The position numbers were made by a program, and so were the translations under genes. Below, one piece after another: positions 37,700 to 48,767 of a stretch of 64,000 bases of DNA; position 1 is the first letter of the stretch, and every line of letters begins with the position of its first letter. This DNA comes from Prorocentrum cordatum (lineage: Eukaryota). The stretch spans positions 1 through 64,000 of the forward strand of contig CAUYUJ010000330.1 of the NCBI GenBank assembly GCA_963575745.1. Reading direction: 5' to 3'. The notes below the pieces were generated by a model. It was not told where the DNA came from. It worked only from the letters and a program-made list of their open reading frames with translations, and ran no database searches.

Positions 37700-39190
37700 T
37701 AAGCGCAAGAAGACAGGGTAAGGATCTTCGCCAGTGCAGAAGGAATCTATGTCATATCGAACCTGGTGTTGGTCCAGTGCGGGAATCATGCTCTGCTCAA
37801 CCGCTATATAGTCGATTCTATGTGGGGTCTCGGACTTAGACGTGACGAACGTGTAGGAGTCCTGGCTAAGGGAGGGGACAAGTGTGTTGGCGGCGGCCAT
37901 CCCCGTCTCCAGAAGCACGTCGTGGAACAACCCTCCCGACTCGTCCTCGTCCTGTCTGAATCCCTCCCTTCCCACTGCGTCCGACACGATGCTTCCGAGC
38001 CTGGCATTCGCGCCCGGGAAAGCCAACTGAACTTTCCATGTGCGGCAGATCCCACTGAGGTCCCGCCACCACTGCTTCCGCTGCTGAGGGGTATACTCGC
38101 CCCCAGTGTGCAGCGCATGGGCAACGAAGATGACATCCCGAAAGAGTGGGGCACAGCAGCCAACCACCAAGTGCCTCTGGGTAGCGTACAGCGGCCTAAA
38201 ATGCTTCTGTTCAAAGTAAAGGTATTCATCCCCACGTCGCCCATAGGGTAGGTGCAAAGAGGCCCAGAGCTCCACGCCCAACTTCTTGCCACTATCAGAT
38301 CCCGAGGAAAGCACAAAGTAACCAGCAGAGCATCTTTCCCCCGATGGATTTCGCGCCTCCTGGACCCCAACAATGTGACATCGTTCCTGTGCGAACTGCA
38401 TTCTGAGAACCTCGCCCGATGTTTTGGCGCGCCTTGCAGCCGTGGCCTCCGCATCCCTGCCCGTCTTGACGTTGAAAGTGGCGAGCCTCAAACTGATGCT
38501 GAACTGGCTGGATTTGGGGGCCGACGTCTGCGAGGGTCGGGAGCCAGCAGTCTCCTTTAGCGTTTCCACCGAAACCTGAGGGCGCCCAGGATACCGAAAG
38601 GAATTCTCTGGGCCTAATGGATATGCATCGCGCGTGGTCAACGGTGCCTCCTTAAGCCACCACCACTCGAGGTCGTTTGTGCATTTGACAGCCTCGCGCA
38701 AGGCCGGCGGGGGTGAGCACCCAACCGCTCGGTCCGATCGTGCTAAACTGTCTGCCAACTCATTCCATGGATGTCCAGAGTGACCGCATACATGCATAAG
38801 CATAGTACCATGTCTCCTGCGCGCGCACTGGTACACATGATATGTAAGCCAGGCCAGGTGCCGGTTCTCCGACGGGACCTCCAAACCCAAAGATATGTTG
38901 ACAGCCGACTGGCTATCGCAAAAAATGACCAATGTTGGGGGGGAATGCACCGTGTTCGGCCCGAAGAAGCCCAAGATCCAGAGTGAACTCCATAAGATCC
39001 CCATGAGCTCGATAGTCGTGCTAGTGATATCATTCTTTTCAAACTGCAAAGCTGTGGATTCCCATGCGCACATTTTTTGCCAGCCGAGGAAGCTCACCGT
39101 GTCATTAGGCGAGACCGCGACAGCTGCGAAGGCCCAGGCCGAGTCCCTGAGCGTCTTTCTGTACGAGGCGTCGACATAGATATGTACTGA
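37700..39190 (-). pseudogene. LINE ORF2 part 1: RNase H (38740-39190) then apurinic-like endonuclease (37700-38492)
   Basis: RNase H motifs IYVDAS, TIELMG, FCDSQSA, HVCGHSGHPWNELADSLA. APE motifs LATFNV, VGVQEAR, ANARLG, RIDYI; the catalytic D and H positions look mutated (PGANAR, EDPYP). Confidence 0.85.
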
Positions 39191-39900
39191 CCGTGCTCTA
39201 TGTGCCCCGCGCGCTGAGATATCCAGAGCAAATTTGGCTGTGTGATGCAAAGGGATGTCTCCAAAATCGTAATTGCAAAGCTCAAGCCAGTTGATGTTCT
39301 GAAGTAAAACTTGATGTATCCTGTCCGCCTCCTGAAAACCACAGTGGCCACTGCCAATGCTCGCAGGATACTGGAAAAGTAAAGGGTAAAGGTGCAGGGA
39401 AGTGATATACCCACCACCCTCCCTCAAGGCCAGCACACTCTCCCCAGCAACTGCTTCGAGCTGCTCCCTGGATGGGGCGGGGTGCGACGGCGGTGGAGGG
39501 GGGTCTGGCACAACCGCAACTGTGATTGACGTTTGGGTGGCCTCGTGTCCTAGCTCAGCAGGCACAGCACGCTGCAATTCGCGAGGACGAGGCTGAAAAA
39601 GATGTTCCTTCGAGGTCTTGCCCCGCAAGCGATACCTCGTTCGGCCGTTGGGCCGACTGGAAGATGTAGATGAGTCCTCAATGGCATCACCTGAAGTGGC
39701 GGCCGAAGAGGTGGTATTACCTGTCTGCGAATTCTCATGACCATGACCCTTGGACGAGAGATCCGAGGCAGGGGCCGACCTAAGAATCGGCCTGGTGAAA
39801 CAAGTCCGAGAAAGCGTACCCCTGGCTTGTCGGACAATTATCGGTGCATGTGTGTCAAAGCGCCTCACTTCGACTGGGCCCCAAGAGACCCTGCTGGGGC

Positions 39901-41955
39901 TTACAAGTTGGACCCGTCTTCCAGCTCGTACCCCTGGCACTGCATCTTCTTGGGGGGGGACCTGTTGGGCGAGTCCCCCAAGTTCTCCTCTTTGTTTCCC
40001 TCCTCGAGCGGTCGAGTCCTCGAAGCCGCAGGAGGTGCCTCCACTGCTGCTGCCGCTGGCGCTGCCGTCGGTCCCGTCGAGGCCGCCGCGGCCGGCGCTG
40101 AGGGGGCTGCCGCTGCCTGCGGGTGCGGCGCCGACGATGCTGCGGCCGACGATGCTGCGGCCGACGATGCTGCTGCCCAGGCTGGGGGAAACAGCGCCAC
40201 AGGCGCTGGCTGCGGGGGGTCCACTGGCGACCCGGGCGAGCGCTGCGTCGGCGGTGGCGTGGGGGAGCGCTGCGTCTGACTGGTCAAGTCGATGGAGGCC
40301 CCCTGGATGTGCTGCAAGAGGTGCACTGGCCCTGGAATCATTTCCTCCGCCATCATTGGCTGTGTCGGAATCAACAACGCGGGGTCGATCGGCATGACCT
40401 CCTCCTTGGGCTCGCTCCTCTGCAGCTCCGCTGTCACTCTGGAAACGCCCTTTGCCTTCGGGGTGTCTGGGACTGCCTTCTCCTCGGCCTGGGCCCTCGT
40501 CTCGGCTGACACGCCAATGTTGGGGGCCCTGGCTGGCGTCGGCGATGCCGACTGCCTCTTCGGTGGCGGTGTCTTCGCCACAGGGCCCTCTGCCGAGCAC
40601 GATGGTGCTGAGCCTCCGTACGGGTCCTGGACGATCTTCGCCATGTTCGCGCTGCTCTGGGGAGGCGCCCTCGGCCCCATGGCTGGCGCTGAGCCTTGGG
40701 GGGCTGCGCCAAAACATGGCGCGGTCGGGGCGGCGTCCCTCGGCGCGCACGCTGGCGCCAACCCCTGATGGTCAGGGGGGCTCGTGCTGGGGAGCGGGAG
40801 TCCCGTGATCACTGCCCGCTGTGCCTGCTGAATCGTCTGCGCGTCCATGAGCACATCTCCTGCCGTTGCGCCGATGCCGACTCCCAAGACCCTGGCCAGG
40901 GCGAAGGCGTGGAAGTTCTGGCCCGTTTGCATCCTCGAGAGGTGCTCCTGGATGGCCTGCTGCTGGGCCTGCACGGCTTTCATCTGCTCCGTCATCGCTG
41001 TGATGGCCGCTGCCGTTGGGCCGTCATCTCCCGCAGCCCACGGGCCCTTAGGCCCGGCGCCTCGGGGGCCGGCGGGCTCTGGCGCCGTCGGCGCCGCTGC
41101 TGCTGTGGCTGGCTGGCCGCGCGCCGCCCCAGAAGCCGCTCGCGGGGCCGCCTTCTGAGGTGGCTGGTACACGTACTTCTGCTGCGGTGGCTGGTTGGGC
41201 ATTGGCGGCGGCGGCGGCGGCACTCTGCTAGCTATCGCCTCCGCCGCGGCCTTGGCTGACTGAGCCTTTGCCTCTGCCTGTGCTGCCGCCCTCTCGGCCG
41301 CCGCTTGCACCCATGGCCTCTGGGCGCTGCTGGCGGCCCTGAGGCCGTGCTCACTTCCTCCTGGCGGGGCCATCAGCCAGTCCTCATCGTGGTCTGGCGC
41401 GTCCTCCGCTTCACGGAGCTGCTGGATGGAGTTATGCAGCTTCTGCACCATCAGGCAGAGCGTCGCCTCCTCGTCCAGCAGCTCCTCGACCTTGGTTCGG
41501 ATCTTGCCGAGCCTCTCCTTGGCGCTGATAAGCTGGGCCTTCAGCTCATGCAGCTGCTTCTCTGAGCCCTTGCTGGCGCTCATCATGTACTTGAGCACGC
41601 CGATGTCAAACTCCAGGGCAGGGTCCTCCTTCCCTGCGTCACGGACCGCGACGAGGAGGTTGGCAAACTTCTGGAGCTTCGACTGGGCCTTCGACTTGTA
41701 GATCTTCAGCTCATCCGCCTCTGGCGGCGGTGGTTCCCACACCGTGATGTTAGCAATCGCCTCATCAGGTGCTGCAACTGGAATCTGCGCAATCAGTTCC
41801 CTGATGCTGGCGGACTTCTTCTGGTCCCTCTTTCTGCTGGCAGAACGTCTGGTGGGGTCAGGGCGAGGAGCCCACACGTTGCCGCAGGAGCACGTCCACT
41901 GAGAGTTCGGATTCCTGGTCTCACACTGCCTGCATGTCCACGTGCCTCCTCCCAT
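39901..41955 (-). CDS. LINE ORF1 with a RanBP2-type zinc finger, coiled coil and Pro/Ala-rich tail
   Basis: MGGGTWTCRQCETRNPNSQWTCSCG; heptad region QLHELKAQLISAKERLGKIRTKVEELL. Confidence 0.75.
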   Translation of the reverse strand: MGGGTWTCRQCETRNPNSQWTCSCGNVWAPRPDPTRRSASRKRDQKKSASIRELIAQIPVAAPDEAIANITVWEPPPPEADELKIYKSKAQSKLQKFANLLVAVRDAGKEDPALEFDIGVLKYMMSASKGSEKQLHELKAQLISAKERLGKIRTKVEELLDEEATLCLMVQKLHNSIQQLREAEDAPDHDEDWLMAPPGGSEHGLRAASSAQRPWVQAAAERAAAQAEAKAQSAKAAAEAIASRVPPPPPPMPNQPPQQKYVYQPPQKAAPRAASGAARGQPATAAAAPTAPEPAGPRGAGPKGPWAAGDDGPTAAAITAMTEQMKAVQAQQQAIQEHLSRMQTGQNFHAFALARVLGVGIGATAGDVLMDAQTIQQAQRAVITGLPLPSTSPPDHQGLAPACAPRDAAPTAPCFGAAPQGSAPAMGPRAPPQSSANMAKIVQDPYGGSAPSCSAEGPVAKTPPPKRQSASPTPARAPNIGVSAETRAQAEEKAVPDTPKAKGVSRVTAELQRSEPKEEVMPIDPALLIPTQPMMAEEMIPGPVHLLQHIQGASIDLTSQTQRSPTPPPTQRSPGSPVDPPQPAPVALFPPAWAAASSAAASSAAASSAPHPQAAAAPSAPAAAASTGPTAAPAAAAVEAPPAASRTRPLEEGNKEENLGDSPNRSPPKKMQCQGYELEDGSNL

Positions 41956-42879
41956 CGCGCTGTGGTGCGACTCGAGGAGGCGCTTGGCCTGGAGCACGCT
42001 GAGGAGCAGGCGAGCTCGCCCTCGCTCTGCCCGCTGCCTCTTGTGCCAGGCCGGCTCGGGGGAGCCTCTGCGGCGCCCCGAGCGCGCCGTGTGTCGCGCG
42101 CGCCCTCTGATGCTCAGCCGCGGGCCTGGCCGCGGGAGCGTTCACGAGAAAGTGTCGCGAGGGGGGCGCGGCGCCTGAGCCCTGCGCTCCGCCAAAATGT
42201 CCTGAGCCCCAGTGGCTTTCCTCCTCCTCCTCCTCCTCCTCCTCCTCCTCCTCCTCCTCCTCCTCCTCCTCCGTCGCTGCCATCTCGGCCGGCGCCCGCA
42301 GCGGCGGCAGCGGCGCCGCCGGTCGCCGCTGCGGCGGCGCCTGCCTCGGGCTGGACAAACCCCAAGATCCCGGCGTGGAAATGTCTGCCCACGGGGCGAT
42401 GCCGCGCCCCCGGCGTCGGGCCCCGGGACCGTCAGAGATCGACCCGGCTCGAGACATGCCGCCGGGCGCGGGAGTCATTGAAAGGGCGCGTGCTGAAGGC
42501 GCTTGGAAGGAGGGGGGGGGGGGTGTTCGAACCGGGGGGGTTGGGCCCCCTGAGTTGCGGGCCCCCCCCACTGCAGAACTGGCAAATCATTGATGACTGT
42601 CAAACATCACTTATAATTGTGATTGATATATTTTGCTAAATCATGGACCCCGCCCCCCTTCGCGGGGAGGGGCAGTGTTCGAACCGGGAGACCCCCCCTC
42701 CTGAGTTGGAACGGGGGGGCGGGGGGTTCGAACCGTGTGGGGGGGGGCCCCCGTGGCGATCCGGATTGGGATGTTCCTGCGATGAAAACGATGGCGAACC
42801 TATCCGCAGCGAGTGTCCGTTGACCCGGCCGCCCGGCCACTGCCGCGCCGCCGCCCCCCCTTCCCCCCTCTCTGCGCAG

Positions 42880-43073
42880 GTGGCCGGCGACCGCGCCAAG
42901 CTCCCGGAGAAGCGCTTCGCGACGCTGCGCCCGGCGCTGGACTTGCCGCGCGAGCTCGTGCTTCTCTGCGGCCGCACGCAGTGGCACAAGCTCGACGCCG
43001 CTGGCCAGCAGCGCCTCGACGCGGACCTCAGGAAGCACATCCTGGCGCTTGTCGAGGATTGCGAGGGGGGGCA
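42880..43073 (+). CDS. Isolated coding-like exon, product unknown
   Basis: Polypyrimidine plus cag acceptor, then VAGDRAKLPEKRFATLRPALDLPRELVLLCGRTQWHKLDAAGQQRLDADLRKHILALVEDC with coding codon bias. Confidence 0.4.
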
Positions 43074-43379
43074 GGCAACGACGCAATCCCCTTGCGGTTG
43101 ATCAGACGGCATCGCCGCGAGCAGGGCGGGCTTTTCTCCTCTGCGTCGGCCGGGGAGTGGCGCCTCCGAGAACCATTTGGTCCGCTGAATGTTTCTCGCG
43201 GCGCCCCTCCTGGTGAGCGGTGAGGTCGCCCCAGTTAACGCGGGGGGATCGCGCGTTGACCCCCCCCCCCCGCAGGACCAGCTCGCGCAGCCGCGCTGAG
43301 GTGGGGCCGGCCGAGCCGACCGTCGCGGCGAATCGCCGCGCTGGCGGCGCTGCGTGGGCAGCGCCACTTGTATATGTAT

Positions 43380-44092
43380 ACATTGCACCGCTGCGTTCCT
43401 GTCGAACGCCCGTTCCCTATCCACGGTCTGCCTCCTCCTTCCTCATTCAGGCTTCCTTTCGTCCTTCCCCTCGCCCGCCATCGCCGCCCCTCGCCCTTTT
43501 CGCCTTGCTCGGGCCTCCTCGAGTGACGTTGCTGCGCCCCCCCCCCGGCCCATAGCGCCTGCCCCGACCACCTTTGCCTGGCCTGATCACCCTTGCGCCC
43601 CGCGCGTCGGTCGACGCATCGAGGGGGAGCGATTGCGCCACTTTCTGTGTTGCGAACGCCTGCTCCTTCCCCTCGCCTGCCTCCTCCCTCATCCAGGCAT
43701 CGCTGCGTTCTTCCCCTCTCATGCCAGATTCCCCATCGCCGTCCCCCGCCCTCTTCGCCTTGCTCGGGCCCCTTCGAGCGACGCCGCTGTCTCCCCCTCC
43801 GGCCCATAGCGCCTGCTTCGATAACCCTTGCCTGGCCTGATCACCCTTGCGCCCAGCGCGTCGGTCGACGCATCGAGGGGGAGCGACTGCGCCACTTTCT
43901 GTGTTGCGAACGCCTGCTCCTTCCCCTCGCCTGCCTCCTCCCTCATCCAGGCATCGTTGCGTTCTTCCCCTCTCATGCCAGATTCCCCATCGCCGCCCCC
44001 CGCCCCCTTCGCCTTGCTCGACCCCCCTCGAGCGACGCCGCTGCCTTCCCCTCTGGCCCATAGCGCCTGCTTCGATAACCCTTGCCTGACCT
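43380..44092. repeat. 254-bp tandem repeat (about 2.8 copies); a fragment also occurs at about 46160-46225
   Basis: Near-identical ORF-track translations are offset by exactly 254 nt (43574/43828 and 43593/43847). Confidence 0.9.
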
Positions 44093-44299
44093 GAGCGCCT
44101 GCCGAGCCGCCCTCGCGCGCAGGGCCGGCGGCGGCGGCGATCTTCATCGCGACGACGATGCTCGGCGGCGACGTCGGGGCCGCAGGCGCGCCCGCCGCGC
44201 CCGCATGGCCGACCGCCGCTGCATCGCCGTCGCCGCCCGACGTCGGACATCTCGCCCCGCCCGCAGTTTTGCGCGCGCGACTGTTGAAAACGCGTGCGC

Positions 44300-44470
44300 T
44301 TTCCCCGTGCGAACTCGCTTGGAAGTCAAAAAACCTTAGTGATTTGGACCGTTTATCTGTTCAGTGGCTGCACTCGGTGTGGTTTTCGTTTGACGTGGGT
44401 CGCCGCGTTCACTGTGAATGTACGTTTTCCTATTGGTTTTTGATGAATCCAGCGAGTTCGCACGGGGAAA
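44300..44470. repeat. 170-bp module with perfect 19-bp inverted ends (copy 1 of 3)
   Basis: tttccccgtgcgaactcgc at 44300-44318 and gcgagttcgcacggggaaa at 44452-44470; homologous to 47283-47452 and, inverted, to 56124-56293. Confidence 0.85.
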
Positions 44471-44793
44471 TGCATGTGTTTTTTGTGTGTTGATCCTTCG
44501 TCGTGGCGCCTCGTCCCCTGGGTCCCTCCAGAGAGCTCGCATTGCTGCGCGACCGACGCGATGTCTTGGACTTTGGGTTCGCGGTCGGCCGCTGGATGCC
44601 GCTGCGAGCCACCCCGGATCACTGGAGAGCACGATGGAGGCTTCTGGGGGTTCGCCAGGAGCTGCCAGAGACCGCGGGGGGACACTGGGAGCGTTGAGGC
44701 GCCGTCCGGTAGCTGCTCGGGCTCAATTGTGCGCCCCGGCAATTCGGACCGTCGAGCTCCCTCCCCTCGCCCGCAGCCCCTGGCCCGCGGCGC

Positions 44794-45830
44794 ATGGCGG
44801 CGCTGAACGACGACCTCTTCGAGTACGCCGAGTTCCAGGTGGACGAGCAGGACCCGAACCAGCACGTGGACTGGAAGCTGCTGCCGATGCGGCAGGCTTA
44901 CCGCGTCTGGGCCGGCGAGGGCACGATGTACCTGGGCAGCATGCACGACGGCCTCTACAAGTACCACCTGACGCCGTGCGTGGCGCCCTTCATCGCGGAC
45001 CACGGCCTCGTGTGGAAGCCGACGAATGGATCCCGGCCGTGGGCGCCGCGCTGCGCGCGGACCCGATCGATCGCGATGTCTGGGCGATCTGTCGATCGGT
45101 CCCAGATGGTCTGTTCGCTCGGTCAGTCGAGCGCTGGCGCGGGCTGCCTGCCGTGGCCTCACAGCGATCGAGCGTGGCCGTGAGGCGATCGGACGGCTCG
45201 TCGCGATGGGGTCTTGCTCGACCCGAAGATCATCGATGGCTGCCGCCTGCTGTCCGTCTCCCCGCATCTGCCGCGTGGAGGGGGGTGGAGGGGAATGTGG
45301 GGGTGGAAGGCGAGCGGGTCGGCCCGCCGCAACGCTGCGAGCTCACTGACAGCGGATGCCGAGGTTTTCACGCGCCGTGTCGCGCCTGCCACGATCGAGA
45401 TCGATGCCGCGGGCTTCGAGCGCGACGCGGGCGCGATTCACCTCCACGTCACCTGCGATCGCGACGGCGATGTTCGCAATCACGTGCTCCGCACCTCGGA
45501 GTCGTCGACTGTGCAGATGGCGATCGGGGATCTGTCGTTGGCCGTAGGCGTAGGCATGTTCCCCCTCCCGCTCCTCTGGGCACGTTGCGAGTGATAGCCT
45601 CTGTGCCTCGGAACAGGGTCCCGGGCCCGTCACGTGCCCCTTGCCCCGTGGGTGGGGTGGAGGTGCGGGCACTCGCGTCGGGGCGGCGCCCCCCCCAGGT
45701 GAAGAGCGAGCTCCGCGTCGCGATGGGCTGGCCGCCGTACACGCCCGTGGCCTGGGCTGGCATCGACGATGCGGCGAAGCGCCAGAACGTCAGGTTCGCG
45801 CCGGCGTGCGAACCCTGCCCCTGCAGGTTG
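44794..45830 (+). CDS. Small, probably spliced gene of unknown function within the island (exons about 44794-45030, 45352-45543, 45699-45830)
   Basis: MAALNDDLFEYAEFQVDEQDPNQHVDWKLLPMRQAYRVWAGEG... with strong C/G third-position bias. Downstream coding-like blocks are AIHLHVTCDRDGDVRNHVL and cag|VKSELRVAMGWPPYTPVAW. Exon boundaries are approximate. Confidence 0.45.
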
Positions 45831-46359
45831 AACCGACGCCGGGGGGGGGGCGGCGCCGGACACTCTCGCCAGGGGTGGGGGGCGGGGGGTTGTCCTCCGG
45901 ACTACATGCGCCCCCCCCCCCCAGAGTCTGAACCCCAGCCTGCGTCTTGGATACCGCTGACCTGCAGGGTTAGAATGGGGATCGCGCGTGGTCGCCCGCC
46001 AGGGTGAGCACCATCTTTGGATTCAAGCGCCCCCGCCTGGACCAGTGAGGGCGGGCCTCGCGCGCGTGCAGGCGCCCGCCTGCATGGCCCGTTGTGGCGG
46101 GCAGGCGAGTTCGCGCCGTCGCGGGCTGCCCTGCCCGCGCGTCTCCCTGCGCAGTGGACGCGCCCCGCGCGTCGGTCGACGCATCGAGGGGGAGCGACTG
46201 CGCCGCTTCCCTTGTTGCGAACGCCCTGGCTGCCTGCCCCCCCGCTCCTGCCCCTGACCGTGAAAGGCATGTGTTTTTGCGCTTTGATCTTTAGTTGTCA
46301 CGCCGGTTCCCCTGGTGTCCTGATCAGAACTCGCGTTGCTGCGTAGTTGACGCGGTGCC

Positions 46360-46530
46360 CCTTTGGGAGTAGTTGACAATGTCTTCAGCTGGGGGCAGTT
46401 GACCTTGTCTTCTTTTGGGAGTAGTTGACACCGCGTTCGTTTGGGACTGGTTGACACTGTCCTCGATTGGGAGTAGTTAGACTGTCTTCTTTTGGGAGTA
46501 GTTGACATTGACTTCTTTTGGGAGTAGTTC
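46360..46530. repeat. About 30-bp period tandem repeat (tttgggagtagttgaca); resumes at 47060-47110
   Basis: The motif is repeated about 5-6 times left of the GAATTC array and 1-2 times right of it. Confidence 0.8.
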
Positions 46531-46539
46531 CGGCTCGGG

Positions 46540-47050
46540 TCTGAAAAATCCCTTGACTTCCCGGGAATTCGCCCGAATTCCCGAATTCCTGGGAATTCGG
46601 CAAGTTGAGCTTCAGGATTTTTTGAGTTCCCAGGAATTCGGGAATTCGGGAATTCGGGAATTCGCCCGAATTCCCGAATTCCCGAATTCCCAGGAATTCG
46701 GCAAGTTGAGCCTCAGGATTTTTGAATTCCCAGGAATTCGGGATTCGGGAATTCGGAATTCGGGAATTCGCCCGAATTCCCGAATTCCCGAATTCCTGGG
46801 AATTCAAAAATCCTGATGCTCAACTTGCCGAATTCCTGCGAATTCGGGAATTCGGGCGAATTCCCGAATTCCCGAATTCCCGAATTCCTGGGAACTCAAA
46901 AAATCCTGAGGTTCAACTTCCCGAATTCCAAGGAATTCGGGAATTCTGGAATTGGGGCGAATTCCCGAATTCCCGAATTCCCGAATTCCTGGGAACTCAA
47001 AAAATCCTGAGGCTCAACTTGCCGAATTCCTGGGAATTCGGGAATTCGCC
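46540..47050. repeat. GAATTC-rich foldback (palindromic) array
   Basis: Dozens of 9-bp cccgaattc/gaattcggg units. Two left units ggcaagttgagc.tcaggatttttga face three right units tcaaaaaatcctgaggctcaacttgcc. The symmetry centre is near 46765. Confidence 0.9.
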
Positions 47051-47665
47051 TCACTGTTTTCTTTTGGGAGTAGTTGACATTGTTTTCTTTGGGGGGAATA
47101 TTTGACAGCGTTTTCCATCGGGGCCAGTTGATACGTTCTCCTTTCGGGTGGGTGAGTTCCACGCCGCGCGGGCTGGACGTGCCGCGGCTAGCATGCGTCG
47201 CTCGCCTGCGTCCGCCACCGTCCACCCCGTTGTTCCGCTCCATGCAGAGATGCGCGAGCACAACTTGTGGAAACCCAAATGATTTCCCGTGCGAACTCGC
47301 TTGGATGTCGAAAAACCCATGTGATTTAATGAATTCACGATTTCCAAGACTTCTCTTGGGTGCGTTTCGTTCCGCGCTTGGCGCCGCGATACAACAAGAA
47401 TATGGTTTTCTTATGGTTTTTTGATGATTTGGGCGAGTTCGCACGGGGGAAAGCACGTGTTTCCTGTGGGCGTCACTCGTCGTGGTCGCACCTGTTCCTC
47501 TGGAGTCCAGGAGACAGCTCGCCCTGCTGCGCGGCCCAGTTGGAATGGCATGTTCGCTTTGGTGTCTGAGGGTTCCTCCGCTCATTTAGGTTCGAGATTC
47601 TGAAGGCGACGTTCGGCGGCTGGATTTCCGCCGTCCCGCCTCGCTCACTCGGCATCGCTGGCGCC

Positions 47666-48694
47666 ATGGAGGCAGACCGCGCCGCGGGCGCGCAGATGCA
47701 GTTGCCCATGTCCCCGCGCGCGTACAACCGCCTCGTGCGCGAGCTCAAGTACGTCAACGCGAACATCCTCGGCCGGCCGGCTCACGGCTACCAGGCGAAC
47801 CCCGCTGGCACGAAGGTGAAGTTCGCGGGGGGCTTGCTGCCGGCGGCGCCTGCGTCGCTGAAGGCGTGGTGGCGCAAGTACTTCCAGGAGGGCGCCTCCC
47901 GCGCGGGCGCGGCGGGGCCGACGCCTGGCCCATCGAGGCCCAAGCCCGCGGCGCGGCTGGCGAAGAGTCGCCGACAGGTGTCGGCTGCTCGCGACCGCAG
48001 CGGGAGCGGCCTCGTTGACATCGAGGCTTTCGACGATGTCCTCGCGGAGTTCGCCGTTCCACGCACGACGTTGACCCCGGTCGCCCCAGCGACTCACCGT
48101 CGCCGCCATGCGCGCGCCCGCCCAGGCGGCGCGGGGGCGGGGCGGCGCGGCGCCGGCGTCGACGGCGTCGCGCCGAACGAGGGGATGACCGATTCGGCGC
48201 GCGGCGACGCGTCCTCCGGAGGCGCGGATGCGACGCTCGAGCAGGCCTCCCCTGTCCAGTCCGTCTTGGAGTCGAACGGGGAGGAGGTGGCCGCGTCGAC
48301 ATTCGGGGACGCGCCCATCGGAGGCAGGGGCGCGGCGCCCGACCAGGACTTGGCGGAGTTCGCTGAGGGGCTGAACCATGACTTGTCGGCGGAGTCGGCG
48401 CCCGGGGGCGCGCCCCCCGGCTGCGCGGGCGCGACGCCCAAGCAGGAGTTGGGGGAGTTCGTCGAGGAGCCGAGAGAGGACTCGGCGGAATCTGCCGAGG
48501 AGCCGGACCAGGGCTCGGCGGCGTTGGCGCCCTGTGGCGCGCCCGCGGGAGGCAAGGGGGCGTCGCCCGAGCACGCCGCGGCAGAGATCATCGACGAGCT
48601 GAACAGGGGGATGACCGAGTTGGCTCTCGAGGGCTTGTCCGCGGGGGGGTGCGAGGACGGAGAGCCCGAGCGATTCCATGCGAAGTTCGTCGAG
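47666..48694 (+). CDS. Upstream ORF, probably the first exon of the polyprotein gene (globular N-terminus followed by an acidic repetitive linker)
   Basis: GCCATGG start and coding-like codon usage (MSPRAYNRLVRELKYVNANILGRPAHGYQ...AWWRKYF). A phase-0 GA-AG intron at 48695-48767 (GAG|gaccgc...ctctccacag|GAA) would join it in frame to the 48768 ORF. Confidence 0.6.
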
Positions 48695-48767
48695 GACCGC
48701 CCCAGAGCACTGGAAATGACTTGACTCCCGCCCCTCTTCCTCCACCCCGCATCTCCCCTCTCCACAG

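Larger units (their letters stand above)
32720..42219 (-). mobile_element. Decayed, apparently full-length LINE: ORF1 plus RNase H, APE, RT, C2H2 and DNMT-like ORF2
   Basis: The domains are collinear across frameshifts. The element is flanked on both sides by (CCT)n and interrupted at 34614-35589. Confidence 0.88.

Noticed and set aside
46360..46530. CRISPR-like repeat-spacer appearance of the tttgggagtagttgaca units
   Set aside because: The period is only about 30 bp, the intervening sequences are short and similar to each other, no cas genes are present, and the context is eukaryotic.
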